DNA of 20,244 nucleotides from Candidatus Heimdallarchaeota archaeon (GTDB lineage Archaea; Asgardarchaeota; Heimdallarchaeia; Heimdallarchaeales; Kariarchaeaceae): NCBI GenBank assembly GCA_015523565.1, contig WAKA01000120.1, positions 1 to 20,244 of the forward strand, read 5' to 3'. Shown piece by piece: positions 16,128 to 20,244 of this stretch (position 1 is its first letter; each line of letters starts with the position of its first letter). The notes under the pieces were generated by a model. It saw only the letters and a program-made list of their open reading frames with translations, ran no database searches and was not told where the DNA came from. The position numbers and the translations under genes were made by a program.

Positions 16128-17088
16128 AATCATATTTTTGCATCCAAATCCAGCTAATAACAGAAAGAATGACACTTAATCCCATTAACCACCAAAAGAT
16201 GAATACATTACGCTGATAAGGCAAAAGCACATTCATTCCATAAATTGAGCTGATTGTGGCAGGAATGCTAATAACTAGAGAAATGACAGTCAAGATTTTT
16301 AGGATTGCATTTTGATTATTGTTGATAACTGATGCAAAAGCGTCAGAGGTATTCTCCACAAGGTTGCGATAAATGTCAATTAATTCTGACTGTTGTTTCA
16401 AGTCAATTGAAAGATCTTCTAAATAATCTTCGATGGTTTCAAGAAATGGGATTTGCAATAGGCGAAGAAGCCTTTCAAATACAGTTAAATCCCCTTTAAT
16501 TGCAGAATCGAGATAAATGCTCAATCTAGTCAAGTGAAAAACCGATTTTAGGGAAGTGTTACTGATCGTTTCAAAAACATGAGATTGAAGATTGGTGATT
16601 TTTTCATCTATAAAATTTACCGTTTCTTCAAATCTATAGACCACATTTTCAAGAAATTTAAGAAATACAATACCCGCGGTGGACGTTCCTTTATATTTTA
16701 TGCTTGACTTTTTTCTTAATCCAAGGACATATTCATGTTCCTGCACAGTGACCAATATGTTGCTAAAAAGGAAAATGACTACGGGGATTGTGATTTGGCT
16801 TGTTTTTTCAAAGGTGGGCAAAAGAGTCATCAAAGGATAACGGACAACAATCTTAAGATAGCCACCATCCTCATATTCATTCTCAATATAAGGAATCTCT
16901 TTTTCATCCAATGCATCCCTGATATCATCTTCCGGGATTTGTAACTTACTTGAAAGCATAGCAATATCGGCATTTGTGGGATTATGACACTTTACCCAAT
17001 AATGATGGTCTTCTTTCATACCAGCAAATTCAATTTTTTCATCTGCTGTTAAGTCCAAGATTTCAATCATTTTGTTTTTTAATTCCAA
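16120..17088 (-). CDS. corA: CorA family Mg2+/divalent cation transporter (alternative ATG start at 17070)
   Basis: Soluble funnel domain followed by two C-terminal TMs with the signature SIYGMNV; NN..N..LKILTVIS precedes TM1. Confidence 0.93.
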   Translation of the reverse strand: MELKNKMIEILDLTADEKIEFAGMKEDHHYWVKCHNPTNADIAMLSSKLQIPEDDIRDALDEKEIPYIENEYEDGGYLKIVVRYPLMTLLPTFEKTSQITIPVVIFLFSNILVTVQEHEYVLGLRKKSSIKYKGTSTAGIVFLKFLENVVYRFEETVNFIDEKITNLQSHVFETISNTSLKSVFHLTRLSIYLDSAIKGDLTVFERLLRLLQIPFLETIEDYLEDLSIDLKQQSELIDIYRNLVENTSDAFASVINNNQNAILKILTVISLVISIPATISSIYGMNVLLPYQRNVFIFWWLMGLSVILSVISWIWMQKYDFN

Positions 17089-17158
17089 AAATTGTTTAAA
17101 GTTTACTTAATTGGAGGCATTAAAAGTCAAAGATTTGAAGTTAATAATTAAAAATTGT

Positions 17159-18025
17159 TTAATTGTGGATATTGTTAAGTTCTTTGACTATTGTTTCAAG
17201 AACAAATTTATCTTTCAGAATTTTTCTATGTCCAAGTCCTTCTGTTGCAATAACTTTGCATTCTGGATGTTTCAGGGCGAAAGACATCATATCATCAAAT
17301 TTGGTGACGAAGTCATTTTTGTCATGGATAATAGTTGTAGGGGGCAATTGGATTTTCATATTGATTGGCAAGTAATCATCTATTTTTACACCAATTTGTT
17401 TTTCAAATTGCTTAATCATTTCTTTTTGGGTTTTTGGCGGTACCTTAAAGGTTCTGAAAAAAATACCGAACAAGGGGTCATCATTGACGGGCAAGCTTAT
17501 TGCAATATATTTTTCGATTGTTGTAGAAGAATTGGATAAAGCAACAAGTGTAGCAACATTGCCAAATGAATGACTGACTATTCCAATTGGTTTAAAGAAT
17601 TTCATCAGATATTCAACTGTGTTAGCATATTCCCTTCCATCTGTGGTGCTTCCCTCTGACATCCCATGTGCAGGAGCATCACATGCAATTGCAGAATATC
17701 CATTTTCGGAAATATATTTCATGATATGCCTCATTTGATAGGCAGATCCCCCCCACCCATGGAAAATAAGAACTTTAGGACCATTCCCCTCTTCATAGAC
17801 CTTGATTTTTTTGTTGTTGATTAAAAAAACATGTGTTTTGCTACCAAGAGAATATTGTTTTTTAAATCGACCAGGACGGGAAAAAATCTTCATAAGAAAA
17901 TGTGACGCAAGAACTGGAGAAAGCAATGATAGAAAACGAGTCAATTTTTGAACCATGACAATTTTCATTGGAAGCCTGTGGTTTTTTTCAGCAATTGAAA
18001 CATAGTCGACGGGTTCAGCCATCAA
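17159..18025 (-). CDS. Alpha/beta fold hydrolase (ATG at 18022 possible)
   Basis: Oxyanion FHGWGG, DAPAHG, nucleophile elbow SHSFG, HDKND acid, GLGHRKIL catalytic His. Confidence 0.92.
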   Translation of the reverse strand: MMAEPVDYVSIAEKNHRLPMKIVMVQKLTRFLSLLSPVLASHFLMKIFSRPGRFKKQYSLGSKTHVFLINNKKIKVYEEGNGPKVLIFHGWGGSAYQMRHIMKYISENGYSAIACDAPAHGMSEGSTTDGREYANTVEYLMKFFKPIGIVSHSFGNVATLVALSNSSTTIEKYIAISLPVNDDPLFGIFFRTFKVPPKTQKEMIKQFEKQIGVKIDDYLPINMKIQLPPTTIIHDKNDFVTKFDDMMSFALKHPECKVIATEGLGHRKILKDKFVLETIVKELNNIHN

Positions 18026-18158
18026 TTAAATTTTTTTATGCAAGAGAATAATATTTGGGTTAAGGACACCTATCAACGGGGGAATATTTGTGTAGAAAAT
18101 ACAATATTTTTTTGATTTAAATGCGAAAAATATTTATTTGATCTACAAATGGTAACAT

Positions 18159-18782
18159 ATGATTCAACCGACTGTTGAAGAAAAGCTGACAAAAAGGCTT
18201 TTTGGAGTTAAGCAGAGCACAAGGTCTCTATTTAAGTTCCAAGCTGGCTATTACATCACCGATGAAAATGACAATGTCATGTTTTTCGCCAAAAGGGATC
18301 GTTTTGGTTTTCACAGACATATAAGAATCCATGACGGAGATTCAGACCATGGTCCCATAATCCTTATTATTAAAGACAATACCATTTCAGACTCTTGGGG
18401 TCATTTCACGGTGATTGACCAACGTGATGGACAGGTTGTTGGACATCTCAAAAGAAAATTCTTCAAGAGCATGTTCAGGGAGACATGGGATAGGGATCCC
18501 AATGAACAAGTAATTGCGTATGCACAAGCAAAGTCAGTTCCAAAAACCATTATCAGAAAATTTGGACTATTAAGGGCAATCCCAATTGTAGGACCAATCC
18601 TTCAATTGTTCATGAGATTGCATTTTGAGTTGGTTGATCCAAAGGGACAGAAATTTGGAGAATTCAGCAGAAAAGCAACATTACGAGACAGATATGTAAT
18701 GAGTCTTGGAGATTATGTACCATTGGATCCAAGACTTGTCATTGCCTCTGCAATTCTGTTCGACACTGGTGAAAGCCGTTAA
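18159..18782 (+). CDS. LURP-one-related / scramblase-like (Tubby C-terminal fold) protein
   Basis: Repeated beta-hairpin units (YYITDENDNVMFFAK, FTVIDQRDGQVVGHLKRK, FELVDPKGQKFGEFSRK) ending in a hydrophobic helix DPRLVIASAILFD. Confidence 0.7.
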   Translation: MIQPTVEEKLTKRLFGVKQSTRSLFKFQAGYYITDENDNVMFFAKRDRFGFHRHIRIHDGDSDHGPIILIIKDNTISDSWGHFTVIDQRDGQVVGHLKRKFFKSMFRETWDRDPNEQVIAYAQAKSVPKTIIRKFGLLRAIPIVGPILQLFMRLHFELVDPKGQKFGEFSRKATLRDRYVMSLGDYVPLDPRLVIASAILFDTGESR

Positions 18783-19729
18783 ATGCTTATCCATTTTCCA
18801 TTTGAACGATAAATGGCATCCAAAACAAGTTGGGCATTGAAGGCATCCTTGAAAGAAACAAGTTGATTTTTTGCACCTGGATTACCTTCTATTGCTTTTA
18901 CAAAAGCATTTACCATTTCCAGTTCAGCATTCACTCGATCCTCCACTAGGGTTGAGCCATTAGGAAACAATTCCAAAAGATACCACTTTGAGAATTTTAA
19001 GACATTCTTATCGAAATACATGAAAAATGTGTTTTCTTCTTCTTCTGAACTGCCAATGATCAAGCTGAATGACACTTTCGTTTTAGGAGTGACAATCAAG
19101 CCAACAGAATCACTTTCACATTTTTTGGGAGAGGGAAATGTTGTAAATGCCATTACTTGGTTGACATTTCCAAACAGCTCAAAAAGTGCGAAGAAATAAT
19201 GGGTTCCAACTTCCCTGAGTGCACCGCCTTGATCCCTCGATTTCAACCACTCTACATTTTGCCATTTTCGTGGCCAAACGGGAAAACGGAAACGAAGCTC
19301 ACAATGCCTGAGATTTCCGAACTCATTTTCATTTATGGCTTGCTTCATACGAGCAATGGCAGGAGAAAATCTGAATGGAAGATTGATCGTACTGACAACA
19401 TTTGCATCCAGAGCGGCAGAAACCATACGTTTGGCATCATTTGTATTTGACGCAATGGGTTTTTCACAAATCACATGTTTCCCTGATTCGATGGCTTCAA
19501 TTGCAATTTCTGCATGATATTTTGGGGGTACACCAATATACAATATATCCACGTCGTCAATAACTTTGGAATAGTCAGTGTGGTAATTTGCACCAATTTG
19601 TTGGGCAAGTTCTCTTGCTTTTTCTTCAACAATATCCACAACATATTTTACATTTGTCTTTTCACACGCCATGAAGCTTCTGGAAAGACGGTGACCGATA
19701 GTTCCAGCACCAATTATGGCAACATCCAT
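18779..19729 (-). CDS. Gfo/Idh/MocA family oxidoreductase; start revised from 19768 to ATG 19729
   Basis: Rossmann motif VAIIGAGTIG begins right after Met at 19729; H...AIE..GKHVICEKP and GGALREVGTH. A TATATAA box lies 24-30 nt upstream of 19729, inside the 13-codon extension. Confidence 0.92.
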   Translation of the reverse strand: MDVAIIGAGTIGHRLSRSFMACEKTNVKYVVDIVEEKARELAQQIGANYHTDYSKVIDDVDILYIGVPPKYHAEIAIEAIESGKHVICEKPIASNTNDAKRMVSAALDANVVSTINLPFRFSPAIARMKQAINENEFGNLRHCELRFRFPVWPRKWQNVEWLKSRDQGGALREVGTHYFFALFELFGNVNQVMAFTTFPSPKKCESDSVGLIVTPKTKVSFSLIIGSSEEEENTFFMYFDKNVLKFSKWYLLELFPNGSTLVEDRVNAELEMVNAFVKAIEGNPGAKNQLVSFKDAFNAQLVLDAIYRSNGKWISI

Positions 19730-19893
19730 AATTTGAGGCAAGTTAAATTTAGTTATATATGTGCGCATTTAACTAAAAATGAGGAAATAACCATTTCTTG
19801 ATGAAAATGACAGTTAAAATTTTTTTGAATCGTTGTGATGAACCATTCTAGGAAATCGCGATGATTTATATTTACCATACATAACAACACCAT

Positions 19894-20244
19894 ATGGAGG
19901 ATCTAGCAAACGAGGTTTTCAAACTGCTGGGGGATAGACCGGGATTTACCTTGGCACAGGTGAGGTTTGTCCAACATAGGGAGGAAACCATCTCTTTCAG
20001 AAACGGACAGCAACACAATTCAGGAAGAAGAAGAGCAGAAGGGGTCGGGATTAGAGTAAGAGCAAACAATGCATGGGGATTTGCAGCAACTGATGATCTC
20101 AGTATTGAAGGGATAAGGCAGGCGGCAGAAGCGGCATGGAAAGTTGTCAGGGCATCGGCAAGGGTGCCACGGAAGAAGATCGTGGATCTTGCAGATGAAC
20201 CAGTCTACAAGGATAAATATCATGTCCGCATTGACAAAGACCCA
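19894..20244 (+). CDS. tldD: TldD/PmbA family metalloprotease subunit, 5' part (runs off the window; absent from ORF track)
   Basis: Manual translation from ATG 19894 is open for 117 codons to the window end: MEDLANEVFKLLGDRPGFTLAQVRF...EGVGIRVRANNAWGFAATDDLS...IDKDP. GVGIRV..WGFA is the TldD/PmbA N-terminal signature. TTTATATT lies at 19865-19872. Confidence 0.85.
   Translation, partial: MEDLANEVFKLLGDRPGFTLAQVRFVQHREETISFRNGQQHNSGRRRAEGVGIRVRANNAWGFAATDDLSIEGIRQAAEAAWKVVRASARVPRKKIVDLADEPVYKDKYHVRIDKDP

Noticed and set aside
17111-17539. 142-aa plus-strand ORF
   Set aside because: Antisense to the well-supported hydrolase; atypical Phe/Cys-rich composition.
18470-18510. Apparently shortened strand RETWDRDPNEQ in the LURP-like protein, suggesting a small deletion
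   Set aside because: The frame is intact, and without an alignment this cannot be distinguished from normal variation.
19872-20223. Two short minus-strand Cys-rich ORFs
   Set aside because: Antisense to the TldD/PmbA frame, which carries the family signature.
1-20244. CRISPR array, tRNA/rRNA, transposase, integrase or defence island
   Set aside because: No regularly spaced repeats, cloverleaf-compatible spacer sequence or recombinase motifs seen; intergenic gaps are all under about 170 nt.

Overview
Gene-dense, AT-rich archaeal chromosome segment. It is most likely from an Asgard archaeon, an inference from archaeal Hel308/MCM/GINS genes next to an Arf/Rag-like small GTPase fused to a roadblock-type domain and a typical-class LRR protein. 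The left third is a DNA replication/repair cluster: hel308 with a 154-aa mini-intein and a C-terminal PIP-like box, a RimJ/RimL GNAT, mcm interrupted by two inteins (360 aa and 239 aa) that bracket a 24-aa Walker B extein, and a Gins23-like GINS subunit. The middle is a co-directional minus-strand run: ABC ATPase, ABC-2 permease, GTPase/Pro-rich linker/roadblock fusion, winged-helix regulator and pyrG. A multi-pass membrane protein diverges from this run, and palindromic sites lie in the spacers. The right part holds a GNAT, a membrane-anchored LRR protein, corA, an alpha/beta hydrolase, a LURP-one/scramblase-like protein, a Gfo/Idh/MocA oxidoreductase and the 5' end of a TldD/PmbA gene that the ORF track does not list. 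No rRNA, tRNA, CRISPR array or transposase was recognised. The most unusual element is the 525-aa GTPase fusion with its C-terminal MIM1/WH2-like tail, embedded in an ABC exporter/regulator module.
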